Source of the DNA: Tubiluchus corallicola
Lineage: Eukaryota; Animalia; Priapulida
NCBI GenBank assembly: GCA_030141605.1
Contig: JAQGDQ010000138.1
Coordinates: 372,001-436,000 of the forward strand
Direction of reading: 5' to 3'
DNA length: 64,000 bases
The position numbers and the translations under genes are program-made. Positions 24,251 through 38,433 of the stretch are shown here, piece by piece; within the stretch, counting starts at the first letter, position 1; every line of letters starts with the position of its first letter. The notes below the pieces were generated by a model. That model saw only the letters and a program-made list of their open reading frames with translations. It searched no databases and was not told the DNA's origin.

Positions 24251-25039
24251 CATATATTTAAAGGCAAGAGGGACTCAAATATTTGTTGCTCATTTATCTT
24301 AAAGCAAGGCTTAAATGGCTTACTTTCTTTATAATAATACTCATGTCTCTACATTTTGTTTAAATTCAAAAGTCATTTTTGGCTACCCGATGGGTTAATT
24401 TTGTGTAAAAATAACTGCTTCTCTGCAAATTAGTGTGTATAAAAAAGCACAGTCAGTTTATCTGCTGATTAGACATTAGTTGTCATATTGTTTACTAAAG
24501 ACAGTTGTTATTCAACGTGAGTTGCTGTCCCGAATGCAGCTGGGCATGCTTACGTCACAGTGGAGGCGGAGCGATAGACAAATATGCTTGATGTCAATTA
24601 CACAAGAGTACCCTATAGGTTTAACTGCAAGCAAAACATGAAAAAACTTGTTCCTCTGTTCCTTCGCAAAATGTGAGAGAAAAGTACTCAATATTTAAAA
24701 TGTGATGTAAAAAGTAATGCTGAAAGCAGTCAAAAATTTACCAAGCCCCTAGGCCTTTTGCAATTAAAAGTAAAACTAATAACTCCATAACTAATAATAT
24801 CTGCTGACACTGCAACCAAAAATAATATGAGTAAAGTTCTTACTGCAAGATTGCATCTTTGCTAACATCTCTTAAGTTACAAATTATTAGCCAAAAAGCA
24901 GAAAATAATTATAAGAGTAACTATTGTGTAATATTGTACCAAATGAAAGTATTACACAGTAATAAAGATCATCAACTTTTACTTTCAAAGTTGCAAAAAG
25001 ATCAAAGTTAACAACAAGAAATATTATTATCGTATATAC

Positions 25040-25154
25040 CACAACGTCCTTGTGATGCGACGACAATGAATTGCTGCTTTCTACAGGCATCTATTCTCAT
25101 TTCACATTCGCTTTCATACGTTTGTCCATTGCTGCCGCACACTGGTGCACTGAC
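25040..25154 (-). CDS. AGRN: agrin FS domain 6, Kazal part
   Basis: VSAPVCGSNGQTYESECEMRIDACRKQQFIVVASQGRC; phase 0-1. Confidence 0.93.
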
Positions 25155-25365
25155 CTGTAAAACACGATAGAAGAAATCAGCTGCATACGCCGTATCCACA
25201 TGCCACTAAGACGAAAATTTAATCTCAAAAAAAGTTTTCCTCAAACACGTATCTCTGAAATTTAAACGAGATTTTGAATAGTGTAATATGTATCCTACTT
25301 CAAGAAACAACAGAAAATTAATATTAGTAACTCGTTTGATTATCAGTCTAACATTAAGACTATAC

Positions 25366-25457
25366 CTTTACGCAAGTGCTGGGACAGACACACATTCCTT
25401 TTGAACCATCGCTCTCACAAATGCTGTAATAATCACAGTGTACATCCTCACAACCAT
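25366..25457 (-). CDS. AGRN: agrin FS domain 6, N-terminal part
   Basis: DGCEDVHCDYYSICESDGSKGMCVCPSTCVK; phase 1-0; not in the ORF track. Confidence 0.92.
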
Positions 25458-25611
25458 CTATATATAAAATTGCAAAGTTAACAAATTATGAAATGTGCAA
25501 TTTCATAGGGTAAAGACCTATAGGGGTAAAGTACATAGGCAATACCAAATGGTCAAAACTGTTTCCAAATGCTACCAAAAATGAAAGTGTCATCGTATTA
25601 TCGTTACTCAC

Positions 25612-25824
25612 CACAGAGCCCTAAACTTGCTGGTGATATGTCAATCTTCTTCAGACATGCTTCTTGTTTTAAGCGACATTTATTCGTGTAGGTGATTCCA
25701 TCTGAACCACACACTGGTTTGTATTCAGAAGTACACGAAGGACACTCACAAGCAGGGACACCATTCTTTACAATGCACATAGCATTGTAATTGCACTGGT
25801 AGTCTTTACAAGGACCTTTATCAT
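25612..25824 (-). CDS. AGRN: agrin FS/Kazal domain 5
   Basis: DDKGPCKDYQCNYNAMC...PVCGSDGITYTNKCRLKQEAC; tttcag acceptor, gtgagt donor; 213 nt. Confidence 0.95.
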
Positions 25825-28800
25825 CTGAAACAGACACCATGATAATACTGTGATTCACAATTGACCATATAGACAGAAACCATCTGATAACATAACAATT
25901 AATGACATAACCAGCATAAAACTTTTTCTTTAAGGTTTCCAATTGGCAGATTTTGATGTCGTTCTAAAAGAATTATATTTATCAGATTGGAGGAAAAAAG
26001 CCGAGGAGCACAATTCCAAGAAAATTAACGTAGTACCAATTCTCTACATTAATGTAGGCAATTAAATATTTTGACGTCAACTTTTTCCTCAGAATTCAAT
26101 TAAAGCAATTTCAGACAATTAGCATAGACACTGTAAATTCAATTCTTGAAAAAAACATGCTGGCCACAGAGCAATAAAATCTCTGAACAACACGAACTTA
26201 TTAAAGTTCTTTTACATGCAATTCACTTAAGTAGACCGGGATTTCAACAGTATAAATATTCACTGCACACATTAATTTTTGCTGCATACAGTAAAGCCAT
26301 CAAGTTTTTTAAAACTAGTCTAATCATTCAATTGTGTTTGCTTAAATTCAATTCAAGAATGATGTATTTGAAAAAAATACAATTTAAGTTTTTAGATTTC
26401 AAGATTGTTTATTTCACATTGGCACAAATACAAAATTAATACATTAAAAAAAAGTTTTTCAATAATTCAATGGTTAACAAACGGTAAGATACCCGATAAG
26501 AAGCAAATTCTGAAAAAATGATTAACTACCCACTCAACTGATTCATATTGCTGGGCATTAAGCCAAGCCAAGCTTGTAAAATGCCCTGATTGTCAAATTC
26601 CAAGTACATTTGACATAAAAATAGACCAAGTAGACCTATATACATTTGCATAAAAAAATGAGAGGAAAGGATGTGAACATGGGAGTGAAGATGAGAAGTT
26701 AATGATGATGGGTGAAAGTTGACAACATGATGAAACAAAATAAAAAGTTATACAAAACTAGTAAAGTGAAATAACAATAAGAATATACATTTGTTCAAGA
26801 TCAAGTGGTAAATTAAGAGCGCAGATCATTCTAGCGAAAGCTGATATAAAATGGACAATTAAAACTGCCCAAATTGACCGTTTGATTTTATTATTTTGAC
26901 TGTCTAGTTATGTCTAAATATTTATACGTACATGAGGAAGACATGGGTCTAAACAGATTTTTAAAACATACCGACACTAACACTGTGTTTTGTAGTTCAA
27001 GAATGGTGTTGCTTATACACGAATCTGAACAGTGAAAACACAATAATATTTTTTACTACGGCTACTGTCTCACAACAGGTTTGTATAAATTTCACTACAG
27101 CCATCAACAGCAAGGTTTAGTGGTCTTTTTCTGAATGGCAATCACAGACAAAAAGAGTTCCGAAAAGTCTTTGCAACAAATAACTAAGAAACAACGGTGT
27201 GTAAATCGAATCAAGCGGCTACCTAATCAGCTTTCAAAATTACAGGATTAACATTTAACTTGAATATGAGTTAGGAAACTACAATATTCCACTGTACTAG
27301 CAAATGATGAAGTAAACCGGAGAATGCCAAATAACGAACTAAAATTTTAATTTAATGTTGGCAATTAGTATCCTTAAAACTAGTAGTTCAAACACACTTG
27401 CATTTATAACAAAAGTTTAGGTTTTCATGGAAGAATTTTCCATTCAATCATCTTCTGTACTCAACAGCAGTTTTGTTTCATTAATTCCCAAATGTCTTTC
27501 ATGTTTGAGAATTATTTTTATTTTGTAATGTCATATTATATATTTCGCATTTATACAAAAGTATGTCATACTTCAGTTCATGCATCAATAAAAAGACTAG
27601 TCACAAAAGGCACACATTCTCTGTTTTCCCTGAATATGAGGCTAGTTGAGAACAGCAATTTTAAATAATTTGCCCAATTACTTGAGAAATATAAAGTTAT
27701 GTTATTACCCAAGGTCTCTGGCCCTACCTCACTAAACTTATGTTTTTCAGGAAGTAGTGAATGAATGACGAATTTGAAAAGTCTGAAAACAACCTAAAAA
27801 TGGAAAATAATTTTTAACTGCAAATGTCTCAATTGCGTAAATTACTAGATTATAGTCTATATATTATACATACAGTTTCCCAGCTACCAGCGCTAGTGAA
27901 TAGCCAATAAAAGCTAGTGAAATACTGGTTTATTGCACAATAAAGGTGTTGCCACACAACATTTTTCATATTCTAATTATTCTGGTTTGGAGTTGTGTTA
28001 CATAGACAAAGCTCAGTCGCATAGAGGCCTACTTATAATAATAAACGTATGGTATGGCACAAAGTACTTGCAAATTGTGTGGGTTGTAAATTTATGATTA
28101 AGGATTTATTCACATGCTACCATCACTATTATTCTTGCCAGTTAATCCTCTGCAGAATTACTGAACTGCTAATCCATATAGCTTATCGTCGCATACAGCT
28201 GGCAAACACCATCAACTGTTCATTTAGTAGGACTCCTAATTCTGAATGCCCTCAATGGGCATTACGGCCACACAAAAGCTCAATAAATGCGCTTGGCAAA
28301 GCATGAAAAGAGTAAAAACAGCAATGGAATTTACTCAATTTAGCAATTGACTCTCTCAAATTCTTATCCGCTTGTTTTCTATATAGAAGCACTAAATTTT
28401 CACGCATTTTTTGTTTCAGCTAATCTTCTGTACTTACCCCAAACAAGTACACATAAATTCTATTGTATAGATCAAAACAGTTGAAAAGCATAAGCAGTAA
28501 ATTTATTATATAAGAAATAAGAGAATTTAAAAATAGACAAAAGGCCAAAAATATCTGCTATCTTTTTCCAAAAAAAAATTATATCCATAAAAGTTTTGCA
28601 CATTCAGTAAGAAAACACGTTTATCGATGATACAGATAGACTTAAAAAAAGTCTGGAGGACCGTTTGATTTGCACTGCAATTTCAGAAAATTTAATATCA
28701 GTTATTTTGTTTTTATTCATTCTAGCAATTAACCTACGTTACTTGTTACGTTCTAAAACTGATGCGTTAAATACAAAAAATATTAATAAGACTCCCATGA

Positions 28801-29647
28801 GATGGAAATCTGGCCGTACAATCCCCTATTCAAATAGTCCATCAAGTGCTGATAATTCAATAATGATGGCAGCTAACTAATCACTGGGCCCAAACAACAA
28901 AAAAATCTTTCAAAACAGTTTCTAATCAGCTTTTTTATGCGTTTTCATCAATTAACTGTTGACTGTTAACTGTTGTGTATAAAGAATTTTTATAGTTATT
29001 TTCTAAAAAGATTAAATTTATGTTAACTAAATTTACTGAATTTTCATTCACAACAAATTATTTCCTATACACTAAAAGACATGCCTACTCAAAAAAAAAA
29101 CTACAAGTCTAGAAAGTTGTGCATCCCTAAAAACATTAACTGAAATGTCAAAATATAAAAGCCTAAAAGTAAACTGCATCAAAAGAGCATTAACCAACAT
29201 CCGTAAATTTCAACTTCTGCTTTACAGCAGACAGAATTGATTTGTTGGTAAAACAAATGTGTATAATAAAGCAACAGAAAAATTTTCACCTATGCTGGAG
29301 TTTACTACCGTGCAGCATTGTACAAACAAAAATAAAATACATAAAAACCACTTAGTTCACCCTTAATGTATTATGCATGAAAAACTATTGAATTTATGGT
29401 GCACATGTAACTCATATGACATGAGTACGACATAAACGCACTGTGTCACATGGTCTTGAAACTTTAGCAATGCTGGCTCTGCAGAGTAGTCGGAGAGTAA
29501 ACCATTTAATAGGTTTATCTTTTTTGATTTAGTTATCCAGACAAAATATGCAAGTAAAAGCTTTTTACACACAATCTGAAAGGCTTGGGTACTTTAATCC
29601 AGTGCAGCAGTCCATTCTCAATAATAAGCTTTTCAGTACATATGTAC

Positions 29648-29672
29648 ATATATATATATATATATATATATA
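29648..29672. repeat. (TA)n microsatellite
   Basis: Directly visible. Confidence 0.9.
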
Positions 29673-29762
29673 GAGGAGCTTAATTTATTGCCAGGACATA
29701 AAAAATGTTTTATTATTTAAAAATTACTACTTGCTTGATATAGGTTGCAGAAAAAATCTTAC

Positions 29763-29978
29763 CACAACTGCCACTATGTCTGATACTGACATGGCGTTTG
29801 TTAAAACATGCTTGCCTCTTGAGTTCACATTCATTTTCATATGTCTGACCATCAGTACCACACACTAACCGCACTACCTTCTCACAAGATGGTGGACATC
29901 TGCAGGTGGCTGTCTTGTCCCTGCTTACTTCACACTCCATGCCATACGAACACTGGACGGAGTTACATGGGTTTACTC
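29763..29978 (-). CDS. AGRN: agrin FS/Kazal domain 4
   Basis: GVNPCNSVQCSYGMEC...VCGTDGQTYENECELKRQAC; tttcag acceptor, gtaaga donor; 216 nt. Confidence 0.95.
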
Positions 29979-30996
29979 CTGAAAAAGTTTAAGCCAACAT
30001 ATTCAAGTTATCGTAACTTATTCACTACTAGAATTTTAAAACTGCTATCCAAAAATCGAGAAAAAGTTAAGGGTCACCTGGAAACCAAAAGATAACGAAA
30101 ATCAGGATGTGTCCAGCCTTATCCCTTTATTAGGGGACCTAATCACTGCATAACCACTGTAGGGTTTACTAGCTCCAAAACGGAAATCAAGGCAACAAAT
30201 ACAGCGTCAGTTAAATGGTCTGTAACATTACTGTTGAGACCAAGCAATGCCTAACATTACTGAAGTTTTCTGAACAATTAGTTACTGTAATTGCGCCATT
30301 AGTGAGCTGATGAAAACGCAGCTGCTGGATGATCCATAACTTCAAATTAAGCACAGACAAATACGAATTTGGCGAAAACAGCATCTAATTAATTACAAGA
30401 TATAGGTAAATGAATATGTAGTAAATTCTATTGCGAATAAATTGGCCATTTGGGGCTTCTATAGGAAACTGACCAAGTTTCTGCCTGTTTCGTTTCTCAT
30501 TTAGCTAAGAAATGGTTTTTGTTTTTTGTACATAATGGCAGAAGACGATTTTTATTTAAAACGCGGATTGGTACACATAATGCCATTGTTGCTGATTGAC
30601 AAACACAATTTTAAATCCAAATTGTCTTTATGCATGAATTCTTTAGAAAAGCAGTCTCAAGAAGGTATATGTGTCTTTTTAAACTTAAACCCTTTCCAGC
30701 TTACAATGTAGTTGAATGTGCAACTCATTGGTTGTTCAGACCTGAGATTTTTATTGCAAAGTCAGATCTACTAAATTACTAAAATATGCATACTAAAATA
30801 AGCACACGCATACATAGGCCTATAAGAAAAATAAAACACACATTATACGAAACTACGTACACTAACTGTAATAGCACTAAGAGTGACTACAATTGTAAAC
30901 TGAATGGTGCAATGATGCCAAATCTACAAATTAAAGGTACAAAAAGATATTAATGCAATTTTAATTAAATTTCATTAATTTCTATGTTGCACTTAC

Positions 30997-31212
30997 CTGC
31001 GTCGCATTCGCCATTATACAACACTCTTAAAATCTTTCTTTCTACGCAAGCTTCAGACTTCATGATACATTCGTTGGGATAAGTCTTGCCATTTGAGGCA
31101 CAGACAGGATCATGTTCCAAGGTGCACAGTTGATGACATTTGCAAACAGGATTCCGTCTGTCATCCAGTTGACAAGCAAAGCCGTTTTCACATTGCACAT
31201 CAGCGCATGGAT
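30997..31212 (-). CDS. AGRN: agrin FS/Kazal domain 3
   Basis: DPCADVQCENGFAC...PVCASNGKTYPNECIMKSEAC; ttttag acceptor, gtaagt donor; 216 nt. Confidence 0.95.
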
Positions 31213-31551
31213 CTAAAATACACAGTAAAATAACAATAACCTATAAGGTTCAACACAAACATGAAGATCGGTGTGTGATCTCGTCTTGAAGTTTTAGTTT
31301 ACAAAGTTCAACCAATTTTTTTGTGCTGGTAAACAAGCTCAGATGGGAATACGGATTTCGAAGACATTAAGATTTAAATTCAAGATTTTAGATTTATTTT
31401 TTACAAGTACATCTCAGGTGCTTCTGAGAAATTTCTCTGAAAGGAATATTCATGTAGCTATAGTTAAAAATGAGCTGACTCAGTTAGCTAATTAACAAAG
31501 TAATTTAAATCAACGTAAGAAATGAATACATACAAAAAAAATTGGCATAGA

Positions 31552-31588
31552 CCAAGGACTACTATACAACGTGTATAGTAGTCCTTGG
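31552..31588. repeat. 37-bp perfect palindrome flanked by a 6-bp direct repeat
   Basis: CATAGA|CCAAGGACTACTATACA-acg-TGTATAGTAGTCCTTGG|CATAGA. Confidence 0.9.
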
Positions 31589-34500
31589 CATAGACATATT
31601 TGTATTTTTTCAAAATATGCGTATTATCTACATTACAATGAACATTTACCTCTTTAATATATAATAGCTTAAAAGTTAAGCGAAATGTACTAGCTGAAGC
31701 ATAATTATCCCTGATTACTAATATTTAACGACAAAAATAAGGTACTTAAGCAATAAAAATCGTTTTAAACGCTGTAATACAACAAAAAGCTAATGGAAAT
31801 TTATTTTACAAAACGTGTCGCATTTCAACAAAAATTTAATTCTGCTGAAAACGTAAGAGTTGAAAACTAAGCAACGCATTAAGGCATCAATGCGAATGCT
31901 CGTCAAAAACTACAATTGAATTTATTGCTTGAAGGTCTGTGAACTTTCGAAGGCGTGAGTTACGTCAGTAATCAGTCCTGTTTTCCGCAACTAGTCCAAT
32001 CGAGTAATGTCTCAGACATACGTGTCAAAATCTAATTCAAGCTGAGCATGTACGTACTCACTCTCAGAAAATCACACTTGTAATTCCTAGGAAAAATCAC
32101 TGCTAACCTGATGGCGTTTTTTTGTTGTTATTGTTAGAAGGAAATTCAAGCCCGCACACAGCATGAAAGGGTCAAAATTCGGACAATTAATGTTGATGGC
32201 GTAGCTGAGCAGGAAATGTCTACACGCTGTCAAAGTGAAAGAAACATGTACAGAAACAATTTTCGATCGATTTTGTAAAATGATTAATTAATTAAGTATT
32301 TTGACAATCTTACAAGTAGGCTACACTAACTGTTTTCCCAAGCGCGTCACTCCTATGGATGTATGCGACGTCATCACAGTAAGGTTGGCGATCTATTTAG
32401 TACTTTGTTAAGGGTGGACTAGCGCACCCGGATACCCAATTTTTCCAGGTGAGTCCTCTTACTGAACAAAAATTTATACCAGCATAATGTCCTAAAAAAT
32501 TTGCATTCGTTTTCTTTAGTTCGTACTATGCAAATACTTAGCAAATTTAACAAACGTCCTAAATGTCTACCAGTTTTAGCCTATTCTAGCAACAGGATTA
32601 AAATCTCAGCTTAATACTTTCAGACTTCATATAAAAATTTCTGATATCTATAAAACCTTTAGCCCAGTACATGTGCTAGTTAACAACTGAATGAATTGGC
32701 TGAATTTATTTCTGTGGCAACAACGTAAATCTATTACAGCTAAACTTGTTTGCGCTAACAACTGCCAGCTGATTGGTGACGTCAAACTACCAGCTTGCCG
32801 ATTGCAGGTTTTGCAGATATGCCTACAATACAACTTCAAATCATCGTATTTTATTTCAGTTTTATATAAAAACGTTGAAATTACATATCATTATTTGTCT
32901 TCTTGATAAATAAACGGTTTATATTCGGATCATTTATTGCATATCATAAATAAACATGATATAAAGCATGACTGGGCTTATACTTTAAATTTTTAAAGAA
33001 CGGTGAAACTGACAACAAGACCATTTCAGTTTTTCAATCAACATTTGTCTAAGAAAATGCATGCAAAATTAAAAAACTGTGGAACAATTACATCATAAAA
33101 CATTAGGCATTGAGCGCACGCGATTTCAAATGGCGTGGGCTGGTAAATAAAAGGAGAATAGGTCTAAAGTGAATAAACAGTTGAAGAAACCAATAAGTAA
33201 ATGCAAAAATACGTGAACAAATAAATTAATAACGAACATAATCGAAGACGCGAATTGAACATAACATTGCTTTGAAGACGCGACAGCTCCCAGTGTCAAC
33301 ATTCGACTGATTCCAGCAGAAATCATTCACATAATTCGAAAATCGATCGAGAAAGCAATGTGAAAGTTGTGACAAATTCTGGGAATTTCTTTGCCTGACT
33401 GCAAATCAACTACATTGAACTATTCTGCTTCAAAATTTACCGAATCTTCAAACGTGTAAGAATTCTGATCATAACGTTAGCAAATTTACCACTACTGCGA
33501 ATTTATCACCACTTTTACATAAATAAAGCTACGGCCTTTTACAGTTTGTCACCGTATAAAAGACTGTAATATGCTGCAACATAATTTAACACGACAAAGC
33601 CTTTTGTGCACTGCTCTATCACGGTGAACTAGCAAAATATCACGCGCTCAACAGTACCCTAAGGGAACGGTATAGCAGCAGTATCACTACGCGAATTCCA
33701 CAATTACAAAGTTCCTTAGATCGCAAAAGATGCAGTACGTGTACATATATATATGCGCGAGGTTGCCGCTTAAACTGATTATGTGATTCTTTGAGGTTGC
33801 CATACAATTTCACTAATGGCCACCGAATAACGTCATTTTGCAGATTTTCACTGAATTCACCAATCATAATACACGTATTTTATAGTTAGTATACTACTAT
33901 CACAGGAGCTGGCTGCAGTCAGGGTCCTGTAAAATAATATTATATATTTTTTTTTTCTGCATCTCCTATATATATATATTAGAAGATGCAGAAAAAAACA
34001 GGCATCCCATTGCTTCACATGAATTACCTTTCTTAAAGTGCTAGACGGGTGGTAATTAGAGTAGCCACAGTGTTATCGTTATCGAGATTTTTCTATTCGC
34101 GCTAAGCTACCCTAGCTCGTCCCAGTCTTAGTTTTTAATAATTATGCAGTAGTCATGACAGTGTAATTTTCAAAAAGCTTCATAATAGCGTACATCATAA
34201 TGTGCGTAAATTAGCTGACATTTCTCCAGTGCTGCGCAATATTACCTTTCGCTTAGTCGCTTACAATAATAATAAAAGAATAAAATACGGACATTTGTCA
34301 AAAATAAATCCTAACAGACCTATTTGAACCTATCTCTGCTCCACCACTCACGTAGAATTCATAACAATTAGAGGGCCCATCAAAATCACAGAAAGGGGAT
34401 TCATTAAAATTGCAAAAACTTTGCAACTAACGCGGTTGTTTGCCAATGTGACATTTTAACAAAGATAGCTCACTCTTCAAATTGATAATGCGCTGTATCT

Positions 34501-34867
34501 ACGAAATTAAGAATGGTGACTGATCAACAGTTCAACACGGATACGAGTAAGCATTTGCTCGATAATGAAACGCATTTGAACAAGTGACCAAAACAAGAAT
34601 ACCCGCGAATAATTCCAGCGTTGACACCAAGCCTCTTCCCTAATGTTGTACTGTAATAAACTTCGGGTTACCTGAACAAATTATTCAGCAGCTACCAAGC
34701 CCAGCTACAAAGATGCGAAAATGGAAAATCGGCAGACCACAATCAGAGTCAGTAAAAGACCCGCCTTGACTTGAAGCTTTCCAGTATTCATTTGACCCAG
34801 GACAAAAATTCAGTTGGTTGCTGGTGTTCTCGCTTGAGTATAAAAAATATCACAATACCAAAAACAA

Positions 34868-35403
34868 ATGTAGGTAAAAATGGCACAGGAAAAAATGGCA
34901 CAGATGGAAAAGGAGGTAAAAATACACTTTGGTAAAATATGTGTTAGGGTTAGGGTTGCTGTGGGGGATAATTATTTTAGTTATTTTTACCTCTACCAAG
35001 GAAGTTATGCTTTAAAACAGTTTGCTTGTTTGGTTCTTTTTGTCTGTTTCAGCTATAAGCCTGTTATGCAAATGCTATCTAACAGATTTCCAAGAAACTT
35101 TGTGAAGAAAGGATATAGGATGCCAAAATGGGAGTATTTTCGCCGGTTCTTCTTTTCAAAAAGCATTTGTGAAGCACTTCGTGGAGGTCTCACAGGGAGT
35201 GCTTAGTATTTGTTTTTTGTTATCTCCACCTGGACAAACAACGACTAGTTAGTTCCAGTTCCATTTCGAGAAATTCTCGCTTGGCAAACTGTATAACACT
35301 GTCTATAACCCTTTGCTCATTACCTTATGCCATTTTTTCTGTGTCATTTTTTCCTGTGATGTTTTTACAGTGACATTTTTCCTGTGCCATTTTATCGAAC
35401 ACC
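34868..35403. mobile_element. MITE with AAAATGGCACAGG subrepeat TIRs and internal TTAGGG motifs
   Basis: Left aaaatggcacaggaaaaaatggcacag, right cctgtgccatttt subrepeats; (TTAGGG)2 at 34944-34955. Boundaries are approximate. Confidence 0.7.
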
Positions 35404-35404
35404 C

Positions 35405-36420
35405 CAAAAAACTCATCAGTTCGTAGCTTCGCAACAGCCATGTATGCAAAAAGATAGCCTCTGGAAAAATTTTAAGCATTTCATCAATTTACACAATCTG
35501 GAAAAGTTTCTGCATTGACATTATTTTTTACCCGAAGAACGAGTATTTTTAAGCTACCCTGTAAAAAACTCCAATTATGACTGGTGGGGATCACTAAGCC
35601 ATTTGGTAGAGGAACAAGGATCAAATAACAAGTGATAGAGTTATCCTTCAAGATTTCGTCCATATTTCGCCAAAGAATGGAAAGTTAACCTAAGACTGTG
35701 TAGTACAAGTATGTCCCTTTTCTAGAACCGTTAAGACCTTATATAATGTCTCAAACATGAATAAGTCAGATTTGTGGCAATCAAGTACTCAAATGCAGTT
35801 GATCCTTTAGTGCATCTAAGAAAGGCTGATGTAAACGAGAAAAAAACAAGAAGTATCACACCAGGTTTACTAAAATGGTTGAAGCCGCGCATAAATGGTC
35901 TTTATCAATGCTATGACGCTATTTAGAGAAGAAAAGGTGTTAACATTTCAGAAATATGGAACAAAACTGAAACCATGTTATTAGAAGACAATGTTTTCCC
36001 GGAATTGCGAAGACTTTTTGGACTGATGCAGTGCACAAGTGATGCGCGACTATCTCAATGCGGCTGGATATCATGTGCTTGAGAAGAGACAATGGTTTAA
36101 TCTTGTGAAATCAAGAAAACGTACTGAAACACGAGAAGGTTTCACAGAATATGATACACACTTAATTGCTTCACTCTCAACTTACTCCTTCTAAAAGAAC
36201 AAACAGAAGTTAGAGTCCTAAAAACGGGAAGTGCATTAGCGCATTGTCGCATTCATGTTGATTCAACCCCATCTGATGTACATGAACTAGCAAAAGCAAA
36301 ATGTCAGAGACGAGGAGATGTGGAACGTGCCTGTTCTAATCCCACATCTCATAAATACCTAGAATACTTTGACAGGTAACGTTAGAGTAATTTATTACCC
36401 GATACATGGTTGGGAAATAT
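35405..36420 (+). pseudogene. TTLL4: decayed intronless TTLL4-like (tubulin polyglutamylase) retrocopy
   Basis: Collinear TTL-family motifs across frameshifts and stops: KDSLWKNF, YFLPEE, ITKPFGRGTRI, KVNLRL, LEPLRPYI, VRFVAIKYS, HKWSLSML*RYLEKK/GVNISEIW, MRDYLNAAGY, TPSDVHEL...RRGDVER...KYLEYFD. No introns are apparent. Confidence 0.8.
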
Positions 36421-38283
36421 CACAACAACCCAGTAAGACTGGAGACGCTTGAAAAAGCTATTTTCTGCTGGATATTATACATAGAGAATGCTCAATTTCA
36501 TCATAGCAGGACCAAAGACAAAAGGACGAAGACAACTTTTTATTTACCATCTCTCATTTAACATACAACATTAGCACAGCAGCAACATGTATTTAGGTAA
36601 ATACAACAATGGTAAATACAAGTACATGTATGTAAAACAATATAGGTAAGGTGCAACATACAAATAACGAATAACATTGCACTATGTAGGATACACGCCA
36701 TGAAGTTGGCAGCCGCTATTCTCGAACTCAAAACTGCAATTACAAGCCTATCTACAGCATGAAATCTTAATTCCGCTTGGCCACCGAACAACGGAATCAT
36801 CGACTAGAAGCATGGAGGTATGAACCGTCAACAATTAACAAAATTATTGTTAAATTAATTAAAACTAATTGTTACTACTGTGTAACTTTGCATGTTGCAC
36901 CCACTGATATGCTTCATTAGTTAACTGAAAAATTTATTCCTATGAAAGCCACAAGATACTTCTATCAAACGCAATAATTCTAAACCAATTTTGCAGTTTT
37001 GTGCAGTGATTGACTCGCTAAAATACTTAGTCTAAGACTCTTAAGCATTAATAAGTCTATATATGTCTATACGCAACAACACACAAACAGAACATATTAC
37101 AACGTCACAACCCCAACTGTAATAACAAATTTACAACAGAGGTATAAAATATCTTTATTTATTAACTATGCCGCAGCTTGCACCACTTTTGTTTTGAGTA
37201 ACCATGGTAAAGAAGCCAGTGTGCACATCCTCTTCGCGGAAAACTAACAACTCAACGAATTCAGGCATTCGGATTAATTGATTTTGGGCGCTTTCGTCCC
37301 CTAGAGATTTGTGTAGAAATAAACAGCGTTTTGTTTTTGAGATATTGACATTAGAGCGTTGTTTTTTAGCACGGAATAGATTATTCAGATTATTCAAATT
37401 AATTAACGGAACTTCGTCGAAAGTGCCATCATTGCAGCCACAAAGTAAAAATTCTAACGTTTGATCTTGATTCTAATTTCACAATGATGTTTGCCACACC
37501 ACGGGTTATTTTCAGAAAAACAAGTTTACCGTATAATTGAGTACGTGAGTGAGGGTCTATTAAAAGGGCTGTGTGATGTGCAGAAAGATATTAACCCGGG
37601 AATTTTATTTAAGGCTATTTGCCACTCGACTACTGATGTTTAGAAATGTTTAAAGTCTTAAGCGGTGGATAGCTGTGTGGAAAGAAGGCTATGTGGACAC
37701 TTAAAATAACTTTATTTCACCATAATACATTCTGGCTCCAAGGAAACTTTTACCATGTTTCCTTTTACATAGTTTTACATAGTGAAGATCAGAGATGATA
37801 AGGTAAAATAAATAACTGCAGCATACAGCAATAAAGCTTTATTAGGGATGGTGAGTTTCATAAGCCCAGAGTAGCAACTTTGCAATCATAAACTCCAGTG
37901 TGAACCTGGTTAGATCTTTCCCTCGATTACCAGCAAGAGAATATTCTTCATAGCAAGTGTGATTGTGCTTTTTCTATAAATTGTGTCATTATTCTAGAGG
38001 ACAGAAATGGCGTTAGATCTTGATAACCACGCAGCGAAAATCGGCAAAAAATTATGATAAATTGCGAGGCACATTACAGCAAATCCAGCTATAATGATTA
38101 ACACCCTAGTCTCTGTTGACACATTTATTTTGGGCAGACAAAAAAGAGCTGAAATTGTGGGAGTGTAATAATAGCTCTGTTACTCTACGTTCGAGTTATA
38201 TCTTATGTTATATCTACCTATATGGTTGATTATATTAATCTTTGACTAATATTTTAATGTAACAAACATCGATAAAAAAGCAA

Positions 38284-38433
38284 TGAATGAATGAATGAAT
38301 AAGCAAATGCGTGAATGAATGAATGAATGAATGCCCAAATGAATGAATGAACGAACGAACGAATGAATGAATGAACGAACGAACGAATGAATGAACGAAC
38401 GAATGAATGAACGAACGAACGAACGAATGAATG
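38284..38433. repeat. (GAAT)n/(GAAC)n tetranucleotide microsatellite
   Basis: Directly visible. Confidence 0.95.
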
